Part shown: positions 32,242 to 42,320 of the stretch, one piece after another | How the letters are laid out: every line of letters starts with the position of its first letter | Position numbering within the stretch: the stretch's first letter is position 1 | NCBI GenBank assembly: GCA_028279275.1 | Contig: JANQOB010000002.1 | Coordinates: forward strand, 264,500 to 328,499 | From: Gammaproteobacteria bacterium | GTDB taxonomy: Bacteria; Pseudomonadota; Gammaproteobacteria; UBA4575 | Reading direction: 5' to 3' | DNA: 64,000 nucleotides | The notes under the pieces: generated by a model | Database searches by the model: none | The model's input: the letters and a program-made list of their open reading frames with translations, nothing else | What the model was told of the DNA's origin: nothing | Made by a program: the position numbers and the translations under genes

Positions 32242-33846
32242 ATGATGTCTATTTCGCAGAACTGGCAAAACGTTGCTTTGTCAGTGGTAGTATGTGCTGC
32301 ACTTGTTATCTTAGTTTTATCAATATTCAAATTATTGCAACTAAGAGAGATTCGAAAGCTAAGTAATAAACTTAATCTTCTAATTTATCTTTCGTTTATA
32401 TTATTTTTTGTATTTGTTTTTTTACTTTATTCAACGCTTACACAAACGGTTCAATCTGCTTACTATTTAGTAGCAATCTCTGCACTTATTACAGCAGTTT
32501 TTGTGAAGTACGCAATTCAAACTCATTATGAAACGGCCGTTTCATTAACAAAATCAAAAGCGTTAGAGCATTATTATGCTACGCATGACGATTTAACAGG
32601 TTTTCCCAACTTAGCTTTCTTTAATGAACAGCTTGAAAAAACGCTAGGTATGTCACGCCGAGAAGATGATGAATTCGCTTTGCTGATCATTGGATTGAAC
32701 CGTTTTAAAGTGATTAATGAAACATTGGGTTACTTTGTGGGTGATGCCATTTTAAGTGAAATTGCAAATCGTATTCGTTCAGCACTAAGAAAAACAGATT
32801 TAATTGCAAGACTGGGTGGAGATGAGTTTGCAGCGCTTATTAATCCTGTATCCGCTCATGGTCACATCCATACCATTTCTAAAAACATTGCAGAATCCAT
32901 TCAGGAACCTTTGGCGGTGGAAGGCAAGCCCGCAGATGTAGGTGTCTCAATTGGTGTAGCGATTTATCCAAAGCATGCTAACAACAGTGTTGAGCTGATT
33001 GAAAAAGCTCGAAACGCCATGATGACCTCTGAAAAAAGCGGACAATCCGTATTCATTTACGAAGAAAAAGCATTAGAAAATCAAATTCAAGATATACAAA
33101 TCATTGGCATGTTGCAACGCGCCATCCAAAATGAACAGCTTCAAGTTCTCTATCAACCTCAAGTACGATTGAGTGATGAAAAAATAATTTCCGCAGAAGC
33201 TTTGATTCGCTGGCAACATCCAAATTATGGTTTACTCGATCCCGGTAGATTCATCCCCTATGCCGAAAAGGCAGGCTTAATTTTTGAAATTAATCTTTGG
33301 TTGCTTAAAAAAATTGTTGTGTTGTTAGAAAACTGGAGTAAAAAGAGCATTCAACTACCTATAGCCTTTAATATCACTGCCAACGGGTTTTTAAATAAAG
33401 ATTTTCAACGCGAACTCAATACTCAGCTTAAAAATCATTTGTGGTTAGCGAAAAGCCTCAAGATTGAGCTCACAGAAACGTCCAGTATTGATCAGATCGG
33501 AGAAATTCATGAATCCATGCTTGATTATAAAAAGCGAGGGCTCCGCTTTAGCTTAGACGACTACGGTACCAAACATGCATCACTAGAGTATTTAATGCTC
33601 CTGCCGTTTGACGAATTAAAAATTGATCAGTCTTTTATGATCAATGCGGTAACAGATGAAGACAGTCAAGCCATCATTCAACATGCGCAAGAGATTGCAA
33701 AGCAGTTGAAACTTTCTACCACCGCTGAAGGTATTGAAAATGAAGAAGTGCTTAAAATTGCTAAACTGTTTGGAATCAATAACGGGCAGGGGTATTATTT
33801 TAGCTCAGCAGTAGAGGATCATAAGTTAGAATCAAAATTATTATAA
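32242..33846 (+). CDS. Membrane-bound GGDEF-EAL protein
   Basis: About 3 TM helices; RKTDLIARLGGDEF; SAEALIRW, IELTE, DDYGT, KIDQSF, AEGIE. Confidence 0.92.
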   Translation: MMSISQNWQNVALSVVVCAALVILVLSIFKLLQLREIRKLSNKLNLLIYLSFILFFVFVFLLYSTLTQTVQSAYYLVAISALITAVFVKYAIQTHYETAVSLTKSKALEHYYATHDDLTGFPNLAFFNEQLEKTLGMSRREDDEFALLIIGLNRFKVINETLGYFVGDAILSEIANRIRSALRKTDLIARLGGDEFAALINPVSAHGHIHTISKNIAESIQEPLAVEGKPADVGVSIGVAIYPKHANNSVELIEKARNAMMTSEKSGQSVFIYEEKALENQIQDIQIIGMLQRAIQNEQLQVLYQPQVRLSDEKIISAEALIRWQHPNYGLLDPGRFIPYAEKAGLIFEINLWLLKKIVVLLENWSKKSIQLPIAFNITANGFLNKDFQRELNTQLKNHLWLAKSLKIELTETSSIDQIGEIHESMLDYKKRGLRFSLDDYGTKHASLEYLMLLPFDELKIDQSFMINAVTDEDSQAIIQHAQEIAKQLKLSTTAEGIENEEVLKIAKLFGINNGQGYYFSSAVEDHKLESKLL

Positions 33847-34146
33847 TTTAAGTTATTTCCTTAAATAATTAATTTTATTGCACAATATAAAAAACTCCGA
33901 GATTTAAGCAATAAATTTTAAATCACATATAACTTCAAATTTACCGAACAATTAACATTATTAATTCGTTTAAACCTTCAGTTTTAAAAATTCCAAGCTA
34001 AAGAAACATAACGATATGCCAGTTTTGGTATGTTAAAAAAGTTTCTGTCAATGCAAGCAAATATAATGATAGAGTAAGCTAATAAATAATTAATACCCAT
34101 ACGAATCGAACATAGTGCATTAAGCAATAATAATGTTCGTTTACCC

Positions 34147-35352
34147 ATGATGAATCAAGAATTTACACAATTGCGCGTTTGTAAAGTGTTTGTTTTACTC
34201 AGCACTTTTTTAATACTATTTTCATGTAATCAAAATCAGTCAGAAGTTGCTCCGCCGCCTCCGCCTGATGTGACTGTTTCAAAACCTTTAGTTCAAGACG
34301 TTACTGAATGGGATGAATATACAGGTCGACTGCAAGCAGTTGATGAAGTTGAAATTCGTTCAAGGGTGAGTGGGTATCTTGAGTCGATAAATTTCAAAGA
34401 TGGTGAAATTGTCGAGGAGGGGCAATTACTATTCCTCATTGATCCACGGCCCTATCAAGCTGTGCTTGATCAAAACAAAGCTGCATTAACCAGAGCTCAA
34501 GTACGATTGAAATTAGCAAAAAATGATTTAAATCGTGCGCAAAGACTTTTTAAATCTCGTGCCATTTCTGAAGAAGAACTAGATTCGCGAACTCAAGAAG
34601 AACGCCAAGCTGTAGCAGCACTCGAGGAGGCAAAAGCCGCTGTGAATGCTGCTGAACTCGATGTTGAATTTACTCAAATAAAATCACCTATTAAGGGCCG
34701 AATTGGTCGCAATCTTATTGATATAGGTAATATTGTAAGTGGTGGATCGGCTGAATCCACGTTATTAGCCACAATTGTTTCTTTGGACCCCATACATTTT
34801 TACTTCACTGCGGACGAGCGCGCATTTTTAAAATATGTTCGACTGGCAAAGGAGGGTAGTCGACCTAGTTCAAGAACGACTGCAAATCCTGTGCAGTTAG
34901 AGCTCGCTGATGAAGATGGATTCCCACATCATGGTGTAATGGACTTTGTTGATAATCGTGTGGATGAAGCGACTGGAACGATGCAAGCTCGTGCAATTTT
35001 TGAAAATCCTGATTTATTATTGACTCCAGGTTTATTTGCAAAAATTCGTCTGCTTGGCAAAGGTCCTTATAAAGCGACTCTTTTGCCAGACGCCTCAATT
35101 CTCTCGGATCAATCTATAAAATTTGTATATGTATTAAATTCTGAAAGCAATACAGTAGATCGCAGAGAAATTGAGTTGGGCCGAACTTTTCATAATCTGC
35201 GTGTAATTACCAAAGGTATAGAAGAGAATGATTTAGTCGTCATCAACGGTATACAGCGTGTCCGTGTAGGTTCTAAGGTCAATCCGAATGATGGCTCAAT
35301 TCCAGGCTTTGAAAGTATACAACCAAAATCTACGTCAACTGAGTCTTCATAA
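34147..35352 (+). CDS. RND efflux periplasmic adaptor (MFP)
   Basis: Lipobox LFSC; WDEYTGRL, RSRVSGYL, LFLIDPRPY, SPIKGRIG, DNRVDEATGT. Confidence 0.93.
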   Translation: MMNQEFTQLRVCKVFVLLSTFLILFSCNQNQSEVAPPPPPDVTVSKPLVQDVTEWDEYTGRLQAVDEVEIRSRVSGYLESINFKDGEIVEEGQLLFLIDPRPYQAVLDQNKAALTRAQVRLKLAKNDLNRAQRLFKSRAISEEELDSRTQEERQAVAALEEAKAAVNAAELDVEFTQIKSPIKGRIGRNLIDIGNIVSGGSAESTLLATIVSLDPIHFYFTADERAFLKYVRLAKEGSRPSSRTTANPVQLELADEDGFPHHGVMDFVDNRVDEATGTMQARAIFENPDLLLTPGLFAKIRLLGKGPYKATLLPDASILSDQSIKFVYVLNSESNTVDRREIELGRTFHNLRVITKGIEENDLVVINGIQRVRVGSKVNPNDGSIPGFESIQPKSTSTESS

Positions 35353-35358
35353 ATATTC

Positions 35359-38300
35359 ATGAAGTTCGCGCACTTTTTTATTGAGCGGCCACGTTTTGCA
35401 GCGGTTGTTTCAATATTAATAATGATCGTAGGGATATTGTCGTATTTGAACCTGCCGATTGCGCAATACCCTGAAATTGCACCCCCTACCATAAATGTTA
35501 CCGCAACATATCCGGGTGCAACCCCCGAAATTATTGCAGATACAGTAGCCACACCTATTGAACAAGAAGTCAATGGTGTGGAGGGCATGCTGTATATGAC
35601 CTCTCAATCGACCAGTGATGGGGTAATGACACTCACCATAACATTTGAAGTTGGTACTGATTTAGATATTGCGCAAGTGCTTGTACAAAATAGAGTTTCA
35701 ATTGCAGAACCTCGATTACCAGAAGAAGTTCGACGTTTAGGAGTAGTGACACAAAAAAGCTCGCCTAATCTTATGATGGTAGTGCATTTACTCTCCCCAG
35801 ATGACACCTATGATCAACTTTACATTAGTAATTACGCTTTTTTACAAATTCGTGATGTTCTCTCGCGACTTGAGGGAATTGGTAGCCTGAGAATTTTTGG
35901 TGGCAGTGAATACAGCATGAGGATTTGGTTAGATCCAGATCGGCTCAAAGAATTAAGTCTTACATCCAGTGATGTTATCGAATCATTACGCGCACAAAAT
36001 GTGCAAGTTGCCAGCGGTACCTTAAATCAGCCCCCAATTCCTGATCCGGGAGCGTTTCAAATTGCAATCAATACACAGGGGCGATTTATTGAGCCTGATG
36101 AGTTCGAAAATGTCATTGTTAAAACAGGTGAGGATGGGCGCTTAACGCGATTGCGCGATATTGCGCGTGTAGAGTTAGGTGCTCGCGATTATGTAACTAA
36201 TAGCTATCTTAACGGAAGACCCGCAGTAGCAATTTTACTTTTTCAACGACCCGGCACAAATGCGCTGAAAACTGCAGATGAAATACAAGCGACAATGAAA
36301 GATCTATCTGCAAATTTTCCCGAAGGACTTGAATACAAAATTGTTTATAACCCCACTGAGTTTGTAAGAGAATCGGTTTCTGCGGTGTATCACACCATTT
36401 TTGAAGCCGTTGTTCTCGTTATTCTAGTTATCGTTATATTTATTCAAAATTGGCGTGCAGCTGTGATCCCCATTGTTGCAATACCTGTATCTTTGATAGG
36501 CACTTTTGCAATTATGCAAGCCCTAGGATTTAGTTTAAATAATTTAACCTTATTTGGATTGGTGCTTGCGATTGGTATTGTGGTGGATGATGCAATTGTC
36601 GTTGTCGAAAACATGGAGCGAAATATTCATGATGGTAAGACACCTTATGAAGCTGCAAAAATTACTATGAATGAGGTTGGCAGTGCGTTAATTGCCATGT
36701 CACTCGTATTAGTAGCCGTATTTATTCCTACGGCGTTCATCACTGGAATCTCAGGACAATTTTTTAAACAATTTGCCATCACTATTGCATCTGCAACAGT
36801 AATTTCATTACTTGTGTCGTTGACACTAAGTCCTGCACTTGGATCTATATTGCTACGTGGAAAAAATAGTAATTCTAGAAGTCTTTGGAATATTATTACG
36901 GATCCGATCTTTAAAGTATTTAATAGAGGATTTGATAAAACAACTGCAGGATATGGGCGAGCAATTTGCAGGGTAATTCAGTATCCGAATGTTTTTCTAG
37001 TCGTATTTGTCTTATTACTTGGATTAACGTTTATTGTTTTTCAACGGGTTCCAGGTGGATTTATTCCTCAACAAGATCAAGGCTACATCATTGTCGCAGT
37101 CGAACTACCAAAAGGCGCATCCTTAGAGCGCACCGATGATGTCATATTACGTGCCACTAAAATCATAGAAGAAGTCCCGGGAGCTTTTCAGGTAGTAGGG
37201 TTCGCAGGATTTTCTGGCGCAACCTTCACTAATGCATCAAACGCAGGCGCTATTTTTGTAACCCTTAAACCTTTTGATGAACGTACAGGTGAATCATCTT
37301 CAAATTTAGTTCAGAGTGTTTGGGGCGCACTTGGGCAAATTCAGGAAGCCCAACTTTTTGTTCTGGAACCACCGCCGGTTCGAGGCTTAGGTAATGCCGG
37401 TGGCTTTAAAATGATGTTGCAAGATCGAACAGGTCGAGGGATGCAAACATTAGAGGCAACTACGTGGCAACTAGTAGGAGCAGCCAATCAAGAACGAAAT
37501 TTAGAGAGAGTATTCAGTACTTTTGTTACCAATACGCCAAAATTTTTTCTTGATATAGATAGAACACGTGCAGAACAATTGAATGTTCCTGTCGAGAGTA
37601 TTTTTGAAACGTTACAAATTTATCTTGGATCATCCTATGTGAATGATTTTAATTTATTCGGACGCACTTACCGTGTGACTGCACAGGCGGACGCTCCTTA
37701 TCGACTAGAGCCTACTGATATTGCAAATCTTAGAACTCGCAGTACTACCGGAGCGATGGTTCCTCTAGGGTCTGTCATGGAAGTTGTAAATACAACGGGT
37801 CCCGATCGCATTGTTCGACATAATTTATATCCTGCATCTGAAATTCAAGGGGGTGCGAAACAAGGTACAAGTTCCGCAGATGCATTGACCGCAATGAAAA
37901 ACCTTTCCGAAACTATCATGCCACGTGGAATTGCATTTGAGTGGACTGAACTCGCATTTCAGCAACAACTCGCTGGAAATGTTGGCCTCCTTGTATTTCC
38001 GTTGAGTGTGCTATTCGTTTTTCTACTGCTTACTGCGCAGTATGAGAGTTGGACCTTGCCCATCACGATTATTTTAATCGTACCGCTTTGTATTTTATTT
38101 GCTTTATTGGGGGTGTGGATACGTGGCCAAGACAATAATATTTTGACGCAAATTGGTTTTATTGTTTTGATTGCGCTAGCAAGTAAGAACGCAATCCTCA
38201 TGGTGGAATTTGCCAAACAGCGTGAGGATCAAGGCGAAACGATCTACAATGCCGCAACGAATGCGGCACAATTACGCTTGCGCCCAATTTTAATGACAGC

Positions 38301-38517
38301 GTTTGCATTCATTCTAGGAGTCGTTCCATTAATGCTTGCTACGGGTGCCGCCGCTGAAATGCGCCAGGCACTTGGCACATCCGTGTTCAGTGGCATGCTA
38401 GGGGTAACACTTGTAGGTTTGTTCCTAACTCCTGTGTTTTACGTAGTAATTCGTAAACTTCTAGCTAAACGAACTACTGGAAATTCTGTTAACGAGTCTT
38501 TGCCTGATAGTAACTAA
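35359..38517 (+). CDS. RND efflux permease (HAE1 family)
   Basis: LPIAQYPEIAPP, AIGIVVDDAIVVVEN, LASKNAIL, LRLRPILMTAFAFILG. Confidence 0.96.
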   Translation: MKFAHFFIERPRFAAVVSILIMIVGILSYLNLPIAQYPEIAPPTINVTATYPGATPEIIADTVATPIEQEVNGVEGMLYMTSQSTSDGVMTLTITFEVGTDLDIAQVLVQNRVSIAEPRLPEEVRRLGVVTQKSSPNLMMVVHLLSPDDTYDQLYISNYAFLQIRDVLSRLEGIGSLRIFGGSEYSMRIWLDPDRLKELSLTSSDVIESLRAQNVQVASGTLNQPPIPDPGAFQIAINTQGRFIEPDEFENVIVKTGEDGRLTRLRDIARVELGARDYVTNSYLNGRPAVAILLFQRPGTNALKTADEIQATMKDLSANFPEGLEYKIVYNPTEFVRESVSAVYHTIFEAVVLVILVIVIFIQNWRAAVIPIVAIPVSLIGTFAIMQALGFSLNNLTLFGLVLAIGIVVDDAIVVVENMERNIHDGKTPYEAAKITMNEVGSALIAMSLVLVAVFIPTAFITGISGQFFKQFAITIASATVISLLVSLTLSPALGSILLRGKNSNSRSLWNIITDPIFKVFNRGFDKTTAGYGRAICRVIQYPNVFLVVFVLLLGLTFIVFQRVPGGFIPQQDQGYIIVAVELPKGASLERTDDVILRATKIIEEVPGAFQVVGFAGFSGATFTNASNAGAIFVTLKPFDERTGESSSNLVQSVWGALGQIQEAQLFVLEPPPVRGLGNAGGFKMMLQDRTGRGMQTLEATTWQLVGAANQERNLERVFSTFVTNTPKFFLDIDRTRAEQLNVPVESIFETLQIYLGSSYVNDFNLFGRTYRVTAQADAPYRLEPTDIANLRTRSTTGAMVPLGSVMEVVNTTGPDRIVRHNLYPASEIQGGAKQGTSSADALTAMKNLSETIMPRGIAFEWTELAFQQQLAGNVGLLVFPLSVLFVFLLLTAQYESWTLPITIILIVPLCILFALLGVWIRGQDNNILTQIGFIVLIALASKNAILMVEFAKQREDQGETIYNAATNAAQLRLRPILMTAFAFILGVVPLMLATGAAAEMRQALGTSVFSGMLGVTLVGLFLTPVFYVVIRKLLAKRTTGNSVNESLPDSN

Positions 38518-39914
38518 TGAGTCGTTCCATTCAATTTATTCTAATCCTGTTGACTTTATGTGGTTGCATGGTTGGGCCAGACTATGTTCCTCCCGATACA
38601 CAAGCACCCGGCCAATTCCATGAAGTTACGGCGTCACTTGAAGCTGCTGAGCCAGAAATTAAATGGTGGACAAGACTAAACGATGATGAATTAACGCAAT
38701 TGATTGAAAGTGCGATAAAGCAAAATCATGATTTGAGAATCGCTGAAACAAGTGTGCGTGCTGCGAGAGCATTTTTAAACGAAGGCGAGTTGGAGCGTTT
38801 TCCAATTGTTCCCATAAATGGATCAGTCACGAGAGAAAGACGAAGCGCAGATTCGGCTAGTGTTGGAACGGGTAGTACGGAAACGTTTTATGATGCAAGT
38901 TTTGATGCTACTTGGGAACTTGATTTTTTCGGGCGTGTGCGACGCAGGATTGAAGCCTTAGAAGCGGATTATGGGGCAGCAAAAGCTGCATGGCGTGAAG
39001 TATTTGTGATTGTAACTGCAGAAGTAGCTCGCAATTATATTGAATTGAGGGGGGCGCAACATAGACTAGACGTCGCAAATCGTAATGCTGATAACCAAAA
39101 ACAAACCTATGAATTAACTTTAGCGCTGCTTGAAGGGGGAAGAGGAACCGATCTAGATATTTCTCGTGCACAAGCACAATATGAAACTACACTTGCAACT
39201 ATTCCACCGCTTGAAGCTGAAGTGATACAAGCGATACATCGTCTAAGTGTGTTGGTAGGAAAACCCCCGCATACCTTGCGCGAAAAATTGTTGATTTCAA
39301 AATCATTGCCAACGATTCCTTCCGATCTTAATGTAGGAAATCCTGAGACACTATTAAAAAGGCGGCCTGATATTCAAACCGCAGAGCGATTACTTGCCAG
39401 TGCCACCGCACAAATTGGAGTTGAAACTGCAGACTTATTTCCCAGAATCACTCTTCTAGGTTCGTATGGAAGTTTGTCAACTTCATCATCCACATTTGGT
39501 GATAGTGACAATGAAACGTTTCGATTAGGTCCTTCTTTTACGTGGTCTGCATTTGATCTGGGCAGAGTACGCGCACGAATTCGTGCTGCTGATGCTACCG
39601 TAGAAGGGCAACTCGCACTGTATGAACGCACGGTGATCACAGCATTAGAGGAAACAGAAAATGCATTTTCGAATTTTATTCGTGCATTAAGTCGCAAAGA
39701 AAGACTTATCGTTGCTGCAAATGCAAGTGAACAAGCGGCGGATCTTGCACAACTACGCTATCAAAATGGTGTCGACAGTTTTATTAATGTGCTCGATGCG
39801 GAGAGTCGTTTATTGAGTGCGCAAGATGAACTTGCAAGAAGCACCATTTCATCGGGTGTGGCGTTTGTGGCTTTATATAAAGCCCTTGGAGGAGGATGGC
39901 AGGACCGAGAGTAA
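38517..39914 (+). CDS. Efflux outer membrane factor lipoprotein (NodT/OprM-like)
   Basis: LCGCMVGPDY lipobox, WELDFFGRVRR, LLKRRPDI, LYKALGGGW. Confidence 0.95.
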   Translation: MSRSIQFILILLTLCGCMVGPDYVPPDTQAPGQFHEVTASLEAAEPEIKWWTRLNDDELTQLIESAIKQNHDLRIAETSVRAARAFLNEGELERFPIVPINGSVTRERRSADSASVGTGSTETFYDASFDATWELDFFGRVRRRIEALEADYGAAKAAWREVFVIVTAEVARNYIELRGAQHRLDVANRNADNQKQTYELTLALLEGGRGTDLDISRAQAQYETTLATIPPLEAEVIQAIHRLSVLVGKPPHTLREKLLISKSLPTIPSDLNVGNPETLLKRRPDIQTAERLLASATAQIGVETADLFPRITLLGSYGSLSTSSSTFGDSDNETFRLGPSFTWSAFDLGRVRARIRAADATVEGQLALYERTVITALEETENAFSNFIRALSRKERLIVAANASEQAADLAQLRYQNGVDSFINVLDAESRLLSAQDELARSTISSGVAFVALYKALGGGWQDRE

Positions 39915-39968
39915 AATTTACATTTAAATTAGTATTAAAACTAAATTTTCATAGGAGTATTAAAGGAA

Positions 39969-40154
39969 TCATTCAGAGGAGTCTTTAATTTCTATTATTG
40001 TATCCAAGTTTTCATAGTACTTGATGCATTTTGGACATGCACCATCGGAGCTGACCCAGTCCGGATGATCTTTTTTGATTAAGTCAAGGACATATTGCTC
40101 AGCGACATCGACAAGTTCTTGTGCTTCACTCTCACATACTTTACAAGTTGCCAT
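39969..40154 (-). CDS. Small 4-Cys protein (CKVC...HPDW...CPKC)
   Basis: 61 aa; two CxxC pairs; divergent from the oxidoreductase. Confidence 0.65.
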   Translation of the reverse strand: MATCKVCESEAQELVDVAEQYVLDLIKKDHPDWVSSDGACPKCIKYYENLDTIIEIKDSSE

Positions 40155-40227
40155 AATATTTACTAAATCTTATTTTGAGGCTTTGTTTAACTACTCAGTA
40201 TACTAAAAAACTTACTACATCATTTGT

Positions 40228-41898
40228 ATGAACAATTCCATTGATAGAGAAAATTTAGATCCATCGGACCCTTATGTCAGGGAGAAACAAACTTTTCCCA
40301 CACTCACGTCCGAACAAGTCGAGCGTATAAAATCGTTCGGTGAAGTTCAAATGTGTTCAAAGGGAATGGTGTTATTTGAACACGGCGATCGCTCTGTTGA
40401 TTTTTTTGTTGTATTAAGAGGAAATATCGAAATTTATGAACATCGCCGCGAGGGCATTAACGTATTTACTATCCATGGTAAACATCAATTTACGGGTGAG
40501 ATTGATTTATTTAACAACCGCAAAATTCTCGTAGGAGGTAGATTAGGAGAAGACGGATCCATTATCAGAGTCAATCGTGAGAATTTCAGGAAAATGATAA
40601 CCGCTGATCCTGAAATAGGTGAGATTGTGATACGTGCATTCATATTAAGAAGAGTTGGGCTAATCACGCATAAACAAGGATCGGTGTCACTGTTATGTGA
40701 AGAAACGACTTCGGATTCAATTCGTATTGAAAGGTTTCTGCGCAGAAACGGATATCCTGTCGAAGTTGTCACGACTGATTGCGACACATGTCAAAATTTT
40801 CTTGATCGATATAATCTATATAACAGGGACTTACCAGCTGTTCTTATTCATCTAGGTGAGGTAGTCCTTAAAAACCCATCCAATTATGAACTCGCATCCT
40901 CGCTTGGCCTAGATGAAACAATCGACAAAAACAAAATCTATGATGTCATTATCGTTGGAGGTGGTCCTGCTGGACTTTCCTCTGCAGTTTATGCCGCCTC
41001 TGAAGGGTTAAGTACTGTGCTTCTAGAACAAGAGGCACCAGGTGGACAGGCAAGCACAAGTTCAAAAATCGAAAATTATCTTGGATTTCCCACAGGACTG
41101 TCTGGCCAAGCATTAGCGGGACGAGCACAAATTCAAGCTATGAAATTTGGCGCTAAAATAGTTTTACCTTATACAGTTACCTCTGTGGATTGTTCCAAAC
41201 ATCCCTACACCATAAGTTTGTGCAATAAAGGTGAGTTAAAAACACGCTCCATTGTCATTGCTACGGGTGCTAAATATCAATCCCTTGTCCTTGAAAATTG
41301 TCATGAATTTGATAATGCAGGTATCTACTACGCTGCTACTCCTATGGAGGCAGAAATTTGCAACAACGAAGAGATTATTGTTGTAGGAGGTGGTAACTCC
41401 GCAGGACAAGCTGCCGTTTTCTTAAGTAAACATGCTAAGCACGTTCACATGCTAATCAGAAGCAAGTCTTTATCTGCAAGTATGTCGGAGTATTTAATTC
41501 ATCGTATTGAGGCATCTAATAAAATCACGCTTCATACAGAGACAGAAATATGCGAATTAAATGGAAATGGAAAATTAAAGTCAGTGACACTCGAGAATAA
41601 GGGTCATAAAAAGACATATGATATTAAGCAAGTCTTTTTAATGATTGGTGCAAGTCCCAACACAGATTGGTTGCAAGACTGTGTAAGTCTTGATGAAAGG
41701 GGGTTTGTATTCACTGGATTAGATGCTGAAAGCAACTCTGATTGGAATTTGCAACGAAACCCAATGATGCTAGAGACCAGTCAACCCGGTGTATTTGCTG
41801 TTGGGGATGTGCGATCCGGATCAGTTAAAAGAGTCGCATCTGCAGTCGGGGAAGGGTCTATTTGCATACAAATGATCCATACATTTCTTAGTTCTTAA
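40228..41898 (+). CDS. cNMP-binding domain fused to thioredoxin-reductase-like FAD/NADPH oxidoreductase
   Basis: N-terminal CRP-like domain (LFEHGDRSVDFFVVLRGNIEI...FTGEIDLF); GGGPAG, IENYLGFP, GGGNSAG, GVFAVGDVRSGSVKRVASAVGEG. Confidence 0.9.
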   Translation: MNNSIDRENLDPSDPYVREKQTFPTLTSEQVERIKSFGEVQMCSKGMVLFEHGDRSVDFFVVLRGNIEIYEHRREGINVFTIHGKHQFTGEIDLFNNRKILVGGRLGEDGSIIRVNRENFRKMITADPEIGEIVIRAFILRRVGLITHKQGSVSLLCEETTSDSIRIERFLRRNGYPVEVVTTDCDTCQNFLDRYNLYNRDLPAVLIHLGEVVLKNPSNYELASSLGLDETIDKNKIYDVIIVGGGPAGLSSAVYAASEGLSTVLLEQEAPGGQASTSSKIENYLGFPTGLSGQALAGRAQIQAMKFGAKIVLPYTVTSVDCSKHPYTISLCNKGELKTRSIVIATGAKYQSLVLENCHEFDNAGIYYAATPMEAEICNNEEIIVVGGGNSAGQAAVFLSKHAKHVHMLIRSKSLSASMSEYLIHRIEASNKITLHTETEICELNGNGKLKSVTLENKGHKKTYDIKQVFLMIGASPNTDWLQDCVSLDERGFVFTGLDAESNSDWNLQRNPMMLETSQPGVFAVGDVRSGSVKRVASAVGEGSICIQMIHTFLSS

Positions 41899-42067
41899 TG
41901 AAAATCTGTTTAGTTTCAGGTGATGAGGCAAAGCATCTAGGTAGACTTAGATTTGCTAATTATTAATGCTATCAAGCGGCTCAAATTAGTCTTTAACCCT
42001 ACAAATCTCACCCGTTTCTCCAGCAAAACGGCTTATAAACTTAAGCAAAATAGCTCTTCGTTATCTC

Positions 42068-42108
42068 TATTAGAAAATTCTAATATATCATATTAGTTTA
42101 TTCTAATA
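42068..42108. promoter_or_regulatory. Two tandem palindromic sites TATTAG-N6-CTAATA, 23 bp apart
   Basis: TATTAGAAAATTCTAATA (42068-42085) and TATTAGTTTATTCTAATA (42091-42108). Confidence 0.6.
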
Positions 42109-42122
42109 TACCAATAGAGTAG

Positions 42123-42150
42123 TTGTTGCTGCTCACCGCGATTGTACTAT
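42123..42150 (+). promoter_or_regulatory. Possible sigma70 promoter TTGTTG-16-TACTAT
   Basis: Near-consensus hexamers just downstream of the palindromes. Confidence 0.35.
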
Positions 42151-42320
42151 ACAGCCCAGCAAGGACGTTCTAGGGAGAAACTGAATTCGCCCTACAAGAG
42201 TAAAGCTACTTGATCAGACAGGGTGGGTCTGAATAAAAAGTTGTATTTATTGAAATAAAAAAAGTGGCACAAAGAATACTTTTTGAAGAGTTAGTTACTA
42301 TTTTTTGGGAAATCTAAAAT

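Noticed and set aside
41898-41966. 22-codon ORF coupled by TAATG to the oxidoreductase stop
   Set aside because: Too short, no motif, expected by chance
42163-42232. Glycine riboswitch (GGACG...GGAGA)
   Set aside because: Lacks the CCGAAG and CTCAGG core elements
42265-42279. Sigma54 promoter (TGGCAC)
   Set aside because: The -12 position reads AC, not GC
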